This document shows, piece after piece, positions 1 through 11,380 of a stretch of DNA of 64,000 bases (its first letter is position 1; every line of letters starts with the position of its first letter). The notes under the pieces were generated by a model. It ran no database searches and was not told where the DNA came from. It worked only from the letters and a program-made list of their open reading frames with translations. Position numbers and translations under genes: made by a program. The DNA comes from an uncultured Gammaproteobacteria bacterium (GTDB lineage Bacteria > Pseudomonadota > Gammaproteobacteria > DRLM01), in NCBI GenBank assembly GCA_963729605.1, contig CAVSNY010000005.1:192001-256000 (forward strand). Direction: 5' to 3'.

Positions 1-145
1 ATATGAGCGGTCAAGTGTTGCATCCCAACGGAGGACAAGTCATCAACGGCTGATCACTCGACGGCGGCCCTTGAACCTCCATTCAAGCGCCGCCGCGACT
101 TGCAACGATTCCAGCCCCGTTGTAATTTCTACAACTGAAATATCC

Positions 146-493
146 TCAATGATCGGTCATCAGCCGTATCACCGTATCCCCCGACGCTTTGTCGATCAAC
201 AACTCTATTTGACAATATTCGGGAAGCTCGCCAACCGGCGTAGGATCGTCCGCGCAACTGCAACCGGCGATGATCGCGCTATAGAAAATCCCCAGTTTCA
301 CCCGCAAAAACGCGGCTTCCTCTGTGGCGGAAATGAGCATCGCCCTGAACTTGGCGTCAGTGACATAACTGCCTTGCGACAAAGCTTGTTGCAAAGGAAG
401 CAGGCCGGCATCGAGTTCTTCGATCTCGCCGCGCAGCCGCGTTTCGAAAGCGGGAGTGCCCCAGACGGCCAATGATTCGCGCAGATTGATCAT
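146..493 (-). CDS. Conserved hypothetical protein (GCSCADDP motif)
   Basis: ORF 146..553. ATG at 493 preferred because the upstream part overlaps a REP element. Protein-like composition with a CxC motif. Confidence 0.6.
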   Translation of the reverse strand: MINLRESLAVWGTPAFETRLRGEIEELDAGLLPLQQALSQGSYVTDAKFRAMLISATEEAAFLRVKLGIFYSAIIAGCSCADDPTPVGELPEYCQIELLIDKASGDTVIRLMTDH

Positions 494-527
494 CTTTGCT
501 CGCGGATTAATTACAAAAACAGGGACC

Positions 528-648
528 GATGCGTGCAACGCGATCCGCCGCATGCAGGTGCCGCTGTTGGATCAATACGCGTCCCTCTCCATTTCCGTTT
601 ATCATCTTACAAACATGCGGCGGAACGCCCTTCGGGCTTCCGCCCTAC
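528..648. repeat. Degenerate GTAG-family REP doublet (REPIN-like)
   Basis: GATGCGTGCAACGCGATCCGCCG ... CGGCGGAACGCCCTTCGGGCTTCCGCCCTAC. Same arms as the copies at 38187 and 39201, different spacer. Confidence 0.75.
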
Positions 649-689
649 CTCGCTTTAACAAATAGACTTCGTATCTGCCTCACCCATTC

Positions 690-2423
690 TTATAACAAAT
701 CCACATGTTCCACCAGCAACTGCGCGCTGCGCTGGCCGCGGTATTCGTTGATATCGAGCTTATAGGCGAGTTGGACACGCGCGGTTTGCGGCGGCCACTC
801 CGCGTCGAGGGTATTGAAGGCGATGGCGTCGAACACGGCGTCGTGCCCCGGCGACTTCACCACCATTTTGAGATGGCGTTCACCGACGATGCGGCGCTGG
901 ACGATTTCAAAATGGCCGTCGAACAGCGGTTCGGGAAAGGCCTGGCCCCACGGTCCCGCGCCGCGCAGCAACTCGGCCATTTCCAGATTCATGTCTTCGG
1001 GCGCCAGCTCGCCATCGCTGAGGATGACGCCGCGCAAATCCTCCGGCGCCAGGTGGCGGCGTACTTCTTCGTCGAAGGCGGCGCTGAAAGCGGCGAAATT
1101 TTCCCGCACCAAAGAGAGTCCGGCCGCCATGGCGTGGCCGCCGAATTTGCTGACCAGGCCGGGATGATGCGCGGCCACCGCATCCAGCACGTCGCGGATG
1201 TGCACGCCCTGTACCGAACGTGCCGAACCTTTCAACTCGCCCTCGCCCGATTGGGCGAAGGCGATCACCGGCCGGTGCAAGCGGTCTTTGATGCGCGAGG
1301 CGAGGATGCCGATCACGCCTTGATGCCAATGTTCCTGATAGATGCACAGGCCGATCGGCAGCGCGGTGTCTTCATCGGAGAGTTGCAACTCGGCGAGGCC
1401 GGCGAGGGCCTCGTCTTGCATTTGGGTTTCGATGACCCGGCGTTCCCGATTGAGTTGATCCAGCCGCGCCGCCATCGCGCGCGCCTCGGCGGGATCGTCG
1501 CTGAGCAGACAATTAATACCCAGCGACATATCCTGCAAACGGCCCGCCGCGTTGAGACGCGGCCCGACCGCGAAGCCCAGATCGGCGGCGACCAATTGCC
1601 GCGGATCGCGGCCGGCGATGTCGAGCAGCGCGCGGATACCGGCGTTGCAGCGGCCGGCGCGGATGCGCGCCAAACCCTGGCTCACCAGAATGCGATTGTT
1701 GTGGTCGAGCGGCACCACATCGGCCACCGTGCCCAGCGCGACGAGATCGAGCAGTTGTCCGAGATTGGGATCGGCGATGCCGGCGCGGGCGAACCACTGC
1801 ATCTCGCGCAGCCGCGCGCGCAAGGCCAGCATCACGTAGAAAATCACGCCGACGCCGGCGAGATGTTTGCTGGGAAACCCATCGCCGGTTTGATTGGGAT
1901 TGACGATGGCGTCGGCCTCGGGCAAAGATGCGCCGGGCAAATGGTGATCGGTGACCAATACCCGCATGCCGCGCGCCTTGGCCGCGGCGACGCCTTCCAC
2001 GCTGGAAATACCGTTATCCACGGTGATGAGCAGGCGCGGCTGCTGTTCCGCGGCGACCGCGACGATTTCCGGCGTCAACCCGTAACCGTATTCAAAACGA
2101 TTGGGCACCACGAAACGCACGTCGTGCGCGCCCAGCAGACGCAGCGCCCGCACCGCCACCGCGCAACTGGTGGCGCCGTCGGCGTCGAAATCGGCGACGA
2201 TGAGCATGCGTTGCCGCTCGCGCAACGCATCCACCAACAATTCAACGGCGTCTTCGATACCTTTTAAACTGGTGTAAGGCAACAAGCCTTCCAAGGAACA
2301 GACCAATTCCCGCTCGCTACGTAACTGGCGCGCGGTGTAGATCCGCCGCAATACCGGATGGAGATGAGCGGGCAAGGTGTGGCCGCTATCGGCCGTCTCG
2401 CGCCGGACGATGATTTTTCTCAT
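690..2423 (-). CDS. recJ: Single-stranded-DNA-specific exonuclease RecJ
   Basis: DFDADGATS, TDHH, PRLNAAGRL and FGGHAMAAG motifs (DHH/DHHA1 domains). Confidence 0.97.
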   Translation of the reverse strand: MRKIIVRRETADSGHTLPAHLHPVLRRIYTARQLRSERELVCSLEGLLPYTSLKGIEDAVELLVDALRERQRMLIVADFDADGATSCAVAVRALRLLGAHDVRFVVPNRFEYGYGLTPEIVAVAAEQQPRLLITVDNGISSVEGVAAAKARGMRVLVTDHHLPGASLPEADAIVNPNQTGDGFPSKHLAGVGVIFYVMLALRARLREMQWFARAGIADPNLGQLLDLVALGTVADVVPLDHNNRILVSQGLARIRAGRCNAGIRALLDIAGRDPRQLVAADLGFAVGPRLNAAGRLQDMSLGINCLLSDDPAEARAMAARLDQLNRERRVIETQMQDEALAGLAELQLSDEDTALPIGLCIYQEHWHQGVIGILASRIKDRLHRPVIAFAQSGEGELKGSARSVQGVHIRDVLDAVAAHHPGLVSKFGGHAMAAGLSLVRENFAAFSAAFDEEVRRHLAPEDLRGVILSDGELAPEDMNLEMAELLRGAGPWGQAFPEPLFDGHFEIVQRRIVGERHLKMVVKSPGHDAVFDAIAFNTLDAEWPPQTARVQLAYKLDINEYRGQRSAQLLVEHVDLL

Positions 2424-2457
2424 GGGTCCCACTTAAATCTCAGTTGCGAAGGCGTGG

Positions 2458-3108
2458 AGTTGTTACATTAGCTGAATTATTGATCTCTCGGTAAACCCTC
2501 GTTTCTTACCACCCCGCCCCTGCGGGGGCACCACAGGCGTGATCTCTTTCACCTCGCGGAGTAACCTCACCACCCCGCCCCTGCGGGGCACCCCTCCTCG
2601 AAAATGAGGAGGGGAAAAAACAATCTCCCCTCCTTTTCAAGGAGGGGTACCCCCGAAGGGGGTGGGGTGGTGCGCTTCAAGACCCACCCGTCCTAGCATC
2701 TTTCATCAATACACCTCGTCCGCTTCGCAGCCGACCCTCTCAGCAAAAAAGCAAACCACCCCGGCCCTGCGGGCCACCCCTCCTTAGGACAAGGAGGGGA
2801 TAACATCACGGCGACCGCCGCAGTTGTTACATTAGCTGGATTGTTGATTTCTCGGTAAACCCGTTTCTCACCACCCCGGGGCCTATCCCCAAAATGAGGG
2901 GAAGATGACACTCCCCTCCTCTTCGAGGAGGGGTGCCCCCGAAGGGGGTGGGGTGGTGCGCTTCAAGACCCACCCGTCCTAGCATCTTTCATCAATACAC
3001 CCCGTCCGCTTCGCAGCCGACCCTCTTAGCAAAAAAGCAAACCACCCCGGCCCTGCGGGCCACCCCTCCTTAGGACAAGGAGGGGATAACATCACGGCGA
3101 CCGCCGCA
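2458..3108. repeat. Tandemly duplicated intergenic unit built from CCCCTCC/GGAGGGG palindromic repeats
   Basis: Units ~2458-2821 and ~2822-3108 both start AGTTGTTACATTAGCTG and share a near-identical ~150-bp block ending GGCGACCGCCGCA. Several ACCACCCCG...CCCCTCC-N-GGAGGGG hairpins. Confidence 0.85.
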
Positions 3109-3148
3109 CCGGTCAAACTCCGATGAGGCCCCGGGCAGAGCCGAGGGT

Positions 3149-4210
3149 TTACCTCAATGAATTATCGCCGCACCACGTCGCCATCGGCCGCCGTCGTACC
3201 CACCAGCGGCGCGCGGCGCGGCGGTCGAGCATGAAACTCCCGCTCTGCGCCAAATGCAGTGTGATATTCGCAACCCGGCCTTGTTGCACCGCGCGATACA
3301 GCGGCGTCAGCCAAGCGTCTTGCACCCCCTGCACGAAGCGTTGCCAGGTATCCACGTCCGCGCCTTGCGCGGCCTCGCGGCCGCCGTCCAACACCGCGAG
3401 ATGCGCACCCGGCGTTTCGTCCTCCAACCATTCCGCCGCGTCGGCCGGCACGCTGGAATGCGGCACGCCGGTCATGGCGGCCAAACCCGCGGCCAAGCCC
3501 TCATTGCTCCACACCTGCGACCAGACGCCGCGCGGCATATCCGGCAGCACGCCGCCGCCCCAAAACCACAGGCTGTTCACCGCCGCCGCGCCGCGCCGCT
3601 CCCGCGCCTGATTGACGGCGCTGGCGTGCAACATCATTTGCACTTCGTTCAATAAGCTGCGCCAACGCCGCGCGTTGGCGCCTTGCGGCATGGCGGGTAA
3701 GATGTCTTGGCCGATCACTTCGCCGAGCGGTGTCGTGAACAGGTGCGGATCGTCGTTCAAACGTAAATACCAGCGGCGGGCGTTGGCGGCCTCCAGCTCC
3801 CAACCCTCTTCGCGGAACAGCCCGTTGAGTTCGCTCACCAGTTGCAGCGATTCATCGGCGGCGATGTCCAGCAAGGTATTGCCCAGCATCACCACCCGAT
3901 CGCGGTCGGCGCGCACCAGCACCGGGTCGGCGCGCAGCCAGTAAAACCCGCCGGCATCGCGTTTATCCAGTTGGCGGGTCACCGCGGCGACCGGCGCGTC
4001 GCGCTCGTTATCCAGCGGCATGCCGAACAAGGCAAACAAACTGCGTTCCATGTCCTGCCCAGCCGCGCTCACCCGCTCGGCGCGCGTCAAGAAGCGCTCC
4101 AAATCCGGCAATGACATGGTTTCCCACAGCGGCGCGCGGCCTTGCGGCAACGCCGGACCGAACAAGCCGGGCACGAGCAAGGTCAAGGATCGCGTCTTAG
4201 TTTTTTTCAT
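3149..4210 (-). CDS. Phosphoglycerate-mutase-like conserved protein often found upstream of recJ
   Basis: WLRADPV, LLNEVQMMLH and VNSLWFWGGG motifs; adjacent to recJ. Confidence 0.8.
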   Translation of the reverse strand: MKKTKTRSLTLLVPGLFGPALPQGRAPLWETMSLPDLERFLTRAERVSAAGQDMERSLFALFGMPLDNERDAPVAAVTRQLDKRDAGGFYWLRADPVLVRADRDRVVMLGNTLLDIAADESLQLVSELNGLFREEGWELEAANARRWYLRLNDDPHLFTTPLGEVIGQDILPAMPQGANARRWRSLLNEVQMMLHASAVNQARERRGAAAVNSLWFWGGGVLPDMPRGVWSQVWSNEGLAAGLAAMTGVPHSSVPADAAEWLEDETPGAHLAVLDGGREAAQGADVDTWQRFVQGVQDAWLTPLYRAVQQGRVANITLHLAQSGSFMLDRRAARRWWVRRRPMATWCGDNSLR

Positions 4211-5576
4211 GCGCCCGTTCCGTCTCGCTCGCCGCGACAGTCCATTCGAACACTAGGCCGCGCTCATCCCCGTCGGCGTGAAAAGGCGCGCACACCCAAT
4301 AGTCCGCCACCGCCGCCAAACGCTCGCCCACGTACAGCAAAGGGATGCGCTCGCGCAGCCACGGCGGCACGCCGCGCTCCTGCAATAATTTTTTCAAAGG
4401 ACGGGTCGCTCCCCGCGGCGAAATTTGGCAGTGTTCGCCGCCTTGGCGGAAACGCACGGTGACGGCTTGATCGCACAACGCCGCCTTCGCGCCTTTACCC
4501 AGCGCGGGCAGCGCGCTGAGCGACGTGCCGTCGGGCAGCCGCAAAAGGCCGCGCAGATCCCACGTCAAAATCGCGTTCGCATCGCCCGGCGCCGGCGGTA
4601 CGAGTGCGTATAAACGCTCGCGGTAACGGCGCAGCTCCACGCCCTCCCAACTCACCACCGGCACGCGGTCTTGCGCCGCGTGCAAGACATCGCGCTGCAC
4701 ATGGGCGAGCCGCACCGTGTCCGGCAGTGGGTAGCCCAAATTCTTCAACCAATGACGCAAGGCGTTGCGCTGCCGCGCCTCATCCAGCTTCAACAAAGAG
4801 GGAATGTCCAAACACGCGGGCTGTTCGGTGCGGCAAGCTGCAAGGTCCTGGGCGGCGAGGACGTCCAGCAGCTGCGCGGCCTCCGCTTGATGGGCCGCGC
4901 CGCGGGTGAGCACCCGCGCCACCGCCGGCCAGCGGCCGCGCAAAACCGGCAACACCTCGCGCCGCAGATAATTGCGGTCGAAACCGGTGTCGGCATTGCT
5001 CGGATCGTCGATCCAGCGCAAACCCTGCGCCTCGGCGTAGGCTTGCAGTTCCGCGCGGGGAAAGGCCAACAAGGGCCGCGCGTGTCGGCCACGCGCGAAA
5101 GACCCGAGTTCGGGCATGGCGGCGAGGCCGTGCGGTCCGCCGCCGCGCAGCAGTTGCAATAACAGGGTTTCCGCCTGATCGTCTTGATGATGGGCGGTGA
5201 GCAGGCAGTCGCCGGGTTCGATCACCTCGGCGATGGCCCGATAACGCGCCCGGCGCGCGGCCGCCTCCGGGCTCTCGCCGGGCGCGGGCCGGGCATGCAC
5301 GCGCAACGACAGCAATGGCACTTCCAATGCCGCGCACACCGTTTGGCAGTGGCGCGCCCAATCGGCGGATGCGGGCTGCAAGGCGTGATCGACGTGCACC
5401 GCCCGCAAGGGCGCGATTACGCCGCGGCGCTGTAGCTGCGCCGCCGCGTGCAACAACGCGTGGGAATCGCAACCGCCGCTGTAGGCCAGCCAATAACGTT
5501 CTACCGGCGGCAAGCGCCCCAGTATGTCGGCCAGGGTGTCGGGGGAAAAAGACGGCTGGCGGCGGCGCTCATCCAC
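4197..5576 (-). CDS. tilS: tRNA(Ile)-lysidine synthetase
   Basis: SGGCDS PP-loop, EAAARRARY, AHHQDDQAET, DRNYLR; follows accA. Confidence 0.96.
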   Translation of the reverse strand: MDERRRQPSFSPDTLADILGRLPPVERYWLAYSGGCDSHALLHAAAQLQRRGVIAPLRAVHVDHALQPASADWARHCQTVCAALEVPLLSLRVHARPAPGESPEAAARRARYRAIAEVIEPGDCLLTAHHQDDQAETLLLQLLRGGGPHGLAAMPELGSFARGRHARPLLAFPRAELQAYAEAQGLRWIDDPSNADTGFDRNYLRREVLPVLRGRWPAVARVLTRGAAHQAEAAQLLDVLAAQDLAACRTEQPACLDIPSLLKLDEARQRNALRHWLKNLGYPLPDTVRLAHVQRDVLHAAQDRVPVVSWEGVELRRYRERLYALVPPAPGDANAILTWDLRGLLRLPDGTSLSALPALGKGAKAALCDQAVTVRFRQGGEHCQISPRGATRPLKKLLQERGVPPWLRERIPLLYVGERLAAVADYWVCAPFHADGDERGLVFEWTVAASETERAHEKN

Positions 5577-5580
5577 CGGC

Positions 5581-6546
<966 letters not shown>

Positions 6547-6607
6547 GATATCCGTTACTTGTGGGTGGATAGGTTCGCGGCGCCTATTCTAACGTCGCGG
6601 GGCGCGC

Positions 6608-9600
6608 TCAGCCATAAATGACCCGCACTTTGTCCGCGCCGGCCAATTCCTTCAAACGGTGAATCAGGGCGTCGCTGGGCCGCACCCGCCATTCGGGCCC
6701 CAGCACCAGCCGCGCCCGCGCACCGTCGCCGGCATAGTCCAGCCACACCGGGCAACGCCCTTCGCGGAACGGTTCCAGCACCTGCGCCAGCGAGTGCGGA
6801 AAGCCGTTGCCCGCCTGCGCCGCGCTCACGCCGATCTCGACCCGGCGGGCGTATTGTTCGCGAGCCTCGTCGATGTCGAAGATGCGCTCGGCGCTCATTT
6901 TGAAGCCGCCGGAATATTCATCGACGCTGACCGTTCCTTCCACCACCAGCAATTTGTCTTTCACCAGATAGTTCCGAAAGCGGTTGTAGGCTTCTGAGAA
7001 CACAGCGAGTTCGATACGGCCGCTGCGGTCATCAAGAATCACGAAGGCCATGCGGTCGCCGCGTTTACTGACCCGCGCGCGTATCCCCACCACCAGCCCG
7101 GCGATCACCACGGTCTGATCCCGTTCCGGCTTGAGCGAGGCGATCCGGGTCTTCACAAACTGGGCGAGCTCCTGCTCGTACTGCTCGATGGGATGGCCGG
7201 TTAAATACAGGCCGAGGGTGTCCTTCTCCCCGTCCAGGCGCTGCTGGTCGCTCCACTCGGGGGCGTCGACGAAACGCACCGCGGAATGATCGGTGGTGCT
7301 GGCGGCGGCGTGGCCGAACAAATCGTCCTGGCCGGTGGCGGAATCGCGGCCGTGTTGTTCGGCGGCCTGCAAAGCCGCGGTGAGCGAGGCCATCAGCACG
7401 GCGCGGCGCGGGCCGAGGCTATCGAGCGCGCCGGCGCGGATCAGCGCCTCCAATACCCGGCGATTGACCCGGCGTTGGTCGATGCGCCTGCAAAAATCGA
7501 ACAGGTCTTTATAGGGCCCGTTGCGCTCGCGCTCTTCCACCATATTGTCGGTGGCGGCGGTGCCCACGCCCTTGATGGCGCCGAGGCCGTAATAAATGGC
7601 CCGGTCGTCTTTCACGGTGAAACTGGTGCTGCACAGATTGACGTCAGGCGGCAGGATGGCCAGCTTCATGTGGCGCGCCTCGTCGATGAAGGTCACCACC
7701 TTGTCGGTGTGATGCATGTCCGCCGACATCACCGCCGCCATGAACGCCGCCGGATAATGCGCCTTCAGCCAGGCGGTCTGGTACGACACCAGCGCGTAGG
7801 CCGCCGAGTGGGATTTATTGAAACCGTACTCGGCGAATTTTTCCATCAAATCAAAGATCGGTGTCGCGATCTTCGCGTCGATACCGCGCTCCCGCGCCCC
7901 GCTGGTGAAGATGTCGCGCTGCTTGGCCATCTCCTCCGGCTTCTTCTTGCCCATGGCGCGGCGGAGCAGGTCGGCGGCGCCGAGGGTGTAGCCGGCCAGC
8001 ACCTGGGCGATCTGCATCACCTGTTCCTGGTAGACGATGACGCCGTAGGTCGGCTTGAGGATGGGCTCGAGCAAAGGGTGCGGGTAGGTGATCTTGGCCT
8101 TGCCCTTTTTGCGCATGATGAAGTCGTCCACCATGCCCGATTGCAGCGGGCCCGGCCGGAACAGCGCCACCAGCGCCACGATGTCCTCGAAGCAGTCGGG
8201 CTGCAGACGCTTGACCAAATCCTTCATGCCCTGCGATTCGAGCTGGAACACCGCGGTGGTCGCGCAGCTTTTCAATAAATCGAAAGTGGGCTTGTCATCC
8301 AAGGGGATGAAGGCGATATCTAAAGGCGATTCGCCGCCGGCGCGGCGCTGACGGTTGATGATCTTCACCGCCCAATCGATGATGGTGAGGGTGCGCAGGC
8401 CGAGGAAGTCGAACTTCACCAGGCCCACCGCCTCGACGTCGTCCTTGTCGAACTGGGTCACCGTGCCGTCACCGCCGGACTCGCAGAACAGCGGCGTGAA
8501 ATCGGTGAGCGCGGTAGGCGCGATCACCACCCCGCCCGCGTGTTTGCCCGCATTGCGGGCCATGCCCTCCAGCTTGCGGGCGAGGTCGATGAGCTCGCGC
8601 ACATCGTCCTCCTGCTCGTAACGGCCACGCAATTGCTCTTCTTGGGCGAGCGCCTTTTCGAGGGTGATGCCCAGCTCGAAGGGGATCAATTTAGCGATCT
8701 GGTCGACGAAACCGTAGGGATAACCCAGCACCCGGCCGACGTCGCGCACCACCGCCTTGGCCGCCATCGAGCCGTAGGTGATGATCTGCGACACCCGCTC
8801 GCGGCCGTAGCGCTGCACCACATAGTCGATCACCCGGTCGCGGCCGTCCATGCAGAAGTCCACGTCGAAGTCGGGCATGGAGACGCGCTCAGGATTCAAG
8901 AAGCGCTCGAACAATAGGTCATAACGTATTGGATCCAGATCGGTAATATCCAGCGCGTACGCCACCAGCGAACCCGCCCCCGAGCCGCGGCCCGGCCCCA
9001 CCGGCACGTCGTTGTTCTTCGCCCAGCGGATGAAATCGGCGACGATCAAAAAATAACCGGGGAACCCCATCTGGATGATGACGCCGAGTTCCAGCTCCAA
9101 CCGTTCGTCGTAGGGTTTGCGTTTCTCGGCGAAGTCGGCGGGTAAATAATTTGCCGCGCCCTCCGCGCCGATCTCTCTCACGCCGATGGCCAGGCCCTCA
9201 CCCCGACCCTCTCCCGCCTGCGGGAGAGGGGGACCCGGCAACGATTCTTTCGCTCCGAACAATACCCGCAACCGCCGCTCCAATCCCTCGCGCGCCTGCT
9301 GGCGGAAGTATTCGTCGGTGGTCATGCCCGCCGGTATCGGAAATTCCGGCAGCACCGCCTCGCCGAGGGTCAACTTCAGATTGCAGCGGCGGGCGATCTC
9401 GACGCTGTTCTCCAGCGCCTCGGGCAGGTCGGCGAACAGCTCCGCCATCTCCTGCGGCGTGCGCAGGTATTGCTGCTCGGAATACAACCGCGGCCGGCGC
9501 GGATCGTCGAGGGTGCGGCCGTCGTGGATACAGACCCGCGCCTCGTGGGCGTCGTAGTCCTCGCGCCTTAAAAAATGCACGTCGTTGGTGGCGACCAGCG

Positions 9601-10177
9601 GCACGCCCTCGGCGGCGGCCAAGGCCACCGCCTCGTGGAGATACTCCTCGTCCTGCGGCCGGCCGGTGCGCTGCACCTCCAGATAAAAGCGCTCGGGGAA
9701 CAGCGTCATCCAATCCGCCAGGGCGGCCTCGGCGGCGGCGCGGTTGCCCGCCAGCAAGGCCTGCCCGACGTCCGCCGATTTGCCGGCGAGGGCGATCAGA
9801 CCCGCGCTGGCGCCGCTCAGCCAGGCCTTGCGGATCATCGGCACGCCGCGCTCCTGGCCTTCGATGTAACTGCGCGTGATCAGGCGGGTGAGGTTGAGAT
9901 AACCCTCGCGATTCTGGCAGAGCAGCACCAGCCGGGTGGGCTGATTGGAGTCCGCGTCGTTGTGCTGCCACAGATCGACGCCGATGATCGGCTTCACCCC
10001 GCCGGCCAGCGCCGCCTTGTAAAACTTCACCATGGCGAACAGATTGCCCTGGTCGGTGACCGCCACCGCCGGCACGCCCGCCGTCGCGCAGGCGTTCACC
10101 AGCGGCTTGACGCGCACCACGCCGTTGACCAGGGAATATTCCGTGTGTACTCGAAGATGGACGAAGCCGGGATTCAT
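6608..10177 (-). CDS. dnaE: DNA polymerase III alpha subunit, with an apparent ~38-aa in-frame insertion near 9144-9257
   Basis: FVHLRVHTEYS PHP domain, GPGRGSGAGS, PDFDVDF, FNKSHSAAY. Start placed at ATG 10177. Confidence 0.98.
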   Translation of the reverse strand: MNPGFVHLRVHTEYSLVNGVVRVKPLVNACATAGVPAVAVTDQGNLFAMVKFYKAALAGGVKPIIGVDLWQHNDADSNQPTRLVLLCQNREGYLNLTRLITRSYIEGQERGVPMIRKAWLSGASAGLIALAGKSADVGQALLAGNRAAAEAALADWMTLFPERFYLEVQRTGRPQDEEYLHEAVALAAAEGVPLVATNDVHFLRREDYDAHEARVCIHDGRTLDDPRRPRLYSEQQYLRTPQEMAELFADLPEALENSVEIARRCNLKLTLGEAVLPEFPIPAGMTTDEYFRQQAREGLERRLRVLFGAKESLPGPPLPQAGEGRGEGLAIGVREIGAEGAANYLPADFAEKRKPYDERLELELGVIIQMGFPGYFLIVADFIRWAKNNDVPVGPGRGSGAGSLVAYALDITDLDPIRYDLLFERFLNPERVSMPDFDVDFCMDGRDRVIDYVVQRYGRERVSQIITYGSMAAKAVVRDVGRVLGYPYGFVDQIAKLIPFELGITLEKALAQEEQLRGRYEQEDDVRELIDLARKLEGMARNAGKHAGGVVIAPTALTDFTPLFCESGGDGTVTQFDKDDVEAVGLVKFDFLGLRTLTIIDWAVKIINRQRRAGGESPLDIAFIPLDDKPTFDLLKSCATTAVFQLESQGMKDLVKRLQPDCFEDIVALVALFRPGPLQSGMVDDFIMRKKGKAKITYPHPLLEPILKPTYGVIVYQEQVMQIAQVLAGYTLGAADLLRRAMGKKKPEEMAKQRDIFTSGARERGIDAKIATPIFDLMEKFAEYGFNKSHSAAYALVSYQTAWLKAHYPAAFMAAVMSADMHHTDKVVTFIDEARHMKLAILPPDVNLCSTSFTVKDDRAIYYGLGAIKGVGTAATDNMVEERERNGPYKDLFDFCRRIDQRRVNRRVLEALIRAGALDSLGPRRAVLMASLTAALQAAEQHGRDSATGQDDLFGHAAASTTDHSAVRFVDAPEWSDQQRLDGEKDTLGLYLTGHPIEQYEQELAQFVKTRIASLKPERDQTVVIAGLVVGIRARVSKRGDRMAFVILDDRSGRIELAVFSEAYNRFRNYLVKDKLLVVEGTVSVDEYSGGFKMSAERIFDIDEAREQYARRVEIGVSAAQAGNGFPHSLAQVLEPFREGRCPVWLDYAGDGARARLVLGPEWRVRPSDALIHRLKELAGADKVRVIYG
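9195..9231. repeat. Palindromic repeat (CCCTCACCCCGACCCTCTCCCGC-CT-GCGGGAGAGGG) inside the dnaE coding sequence
   Basis: Perfect 11-bp inverted repeat 9207-9217/9220-9230; same architecture as the intergenic CCCCTCC/GGAGGGG repeats in this window. Confidence 0.75.
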
Positions 10178-10394
10178 GGCGGCTATTCTAGCCCAGCCCT
10201 CCCCGCGCCGCGACGTTGACAAGCGGCGATTCGGCGCGGCGGATGCGTATGACACGTCATCAGCCCGCGCGGGCGTGCATCCGCCGGTCTAGGGGGGCGC
10301 GGGTACGTCCACGGCCGGCGCAAACGCGGGCCGATCACCCTCCCCCCGGCAAGCGGACTCGCCATCGCGGCCCGCGCTCGGCGACGGCGGGGAT

Positions 10395-11306
10395 TCAAGC
10401 CAAGCGGGGATAAGTCAAAAACAAAAAATGAAAGGTATTGAGCAGAAAATGCAGCAGCAGCGCGGCCTCGACCCGGCCGGTCTTCATGTACACCCAGCCG
10501 TAACCCAGCCCCGCGACGGTGGCGAGCAGCACCATGTCCGGCCCGGCCGCGGCATGCGCGATGCCGAACAAACCGGAGGCGATCAGCCACGCGGTCACCG
10601 CGCCGTATTTGAACGGCGCCAGCCACGCCGTGAGGCGACCTTGCAACAAGGCCCGGAAAAAGGCCTCTTCGGCCATGCAGGTGAACAACAGATTTCCCGC
10701 CGCCCAAATAAAAAACACGGGGGACCACTTCGGATCAAAACGCGTATACCCCAGCGCGACGGACGACGCGGCCACTGCGGCGATAACGACCGGCGCCGCG
10801 ATCAACAGCGGCCGCCGCAAGGCCGCCCACTCGGCGCGGGTGCGGATCAAGCGCACGCCAAAACCCAGGATCAATACTCCGACGGCCACCTTGCCGTAAT
10901 TCAGCGACAGGGAATAAGGCAGGGCATCGGCGCTGAGCTGGAGGTCTCGGTATAACACCACCTTCTCGAAGCCGGGCAAGAAGCCGGTGGCCGCACCGAC
11001 GGCGATGACGGAAAATCCGCCCGTCAAGACGAACTGCAATAACAGCGTGCTCCGCGACGGCAGGCTGGAAAGAGGACCGGGCCGCTCGAAACAATCCAAA
11101 CCGTACACACAAAACGCGGCGATGCCGATCCACAGCAAACCCAGCGCGGACACCACGCCGGCGAACGCGGCGCACATCAGCGAGGCGGCCAATAGATACG
11201 ACCACGCGGACGGCACGCGCGGCAGCCACAGGCTGACGACACCGGCCGCCAAGAGTAAATGGGCGACGAGAACGGGCAAATCCAATTCGAGGTGGGGCGG
11301 GTTCAT
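10395..11306 (-). CDS. CPBP (Abi/CAAX-like) intramembrane glutamic endopeptidase
   Basis: EEAFFR, FGIAH and LLLHFLLN motifs; multiple transmembrane segments. Confidence 0.88.
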   Translation of the reverse strand: MNPPHLELDLPVLVAHLLLAAGVVSLWLPRVPSAWSYLLAASLMCAAFAGVVSALGLLWIGIAAFCVYGLDCFERPGPLSSLPSRSTLLLQFVLTGGFSVIAVGAATGFLPGFEKVVLYRDLQLSADALPYSLSLNYGKVAVGVLILGFGVRLIRTRAEWAALRRPLLIAAPVVIAAVAASSVALGYTRFDPKWSPVFFIWAAGNLLFTCMAEEAFFRALLQGRLTAWLAPFKYGAVTAWLIASGLFGIAHAAAGPDMVLLATVAGLGYGWVYMKTGRVEAALLLHFLLNTFHFLFLTYPRLA

Positions 11307-11380
11307 GGGAATCGCGCGATGGTATCAGCAAACGCCGGCCGCCTCTCGAGGAGATCGCGGCATTATAAAGAAAACCGATT

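Noticed and set aside
2458-3108. Possible CRISPR array or small ORF 2693..2911
   Set aside because: Repeats are inverted and irregular, spacers are duplicated, and the ORF is translated repeat sequence.
9144-9257. Intein in DnaE
   Set aside because: Too short, and it lacks the Cys/Ser start and His-Asn end motifs.
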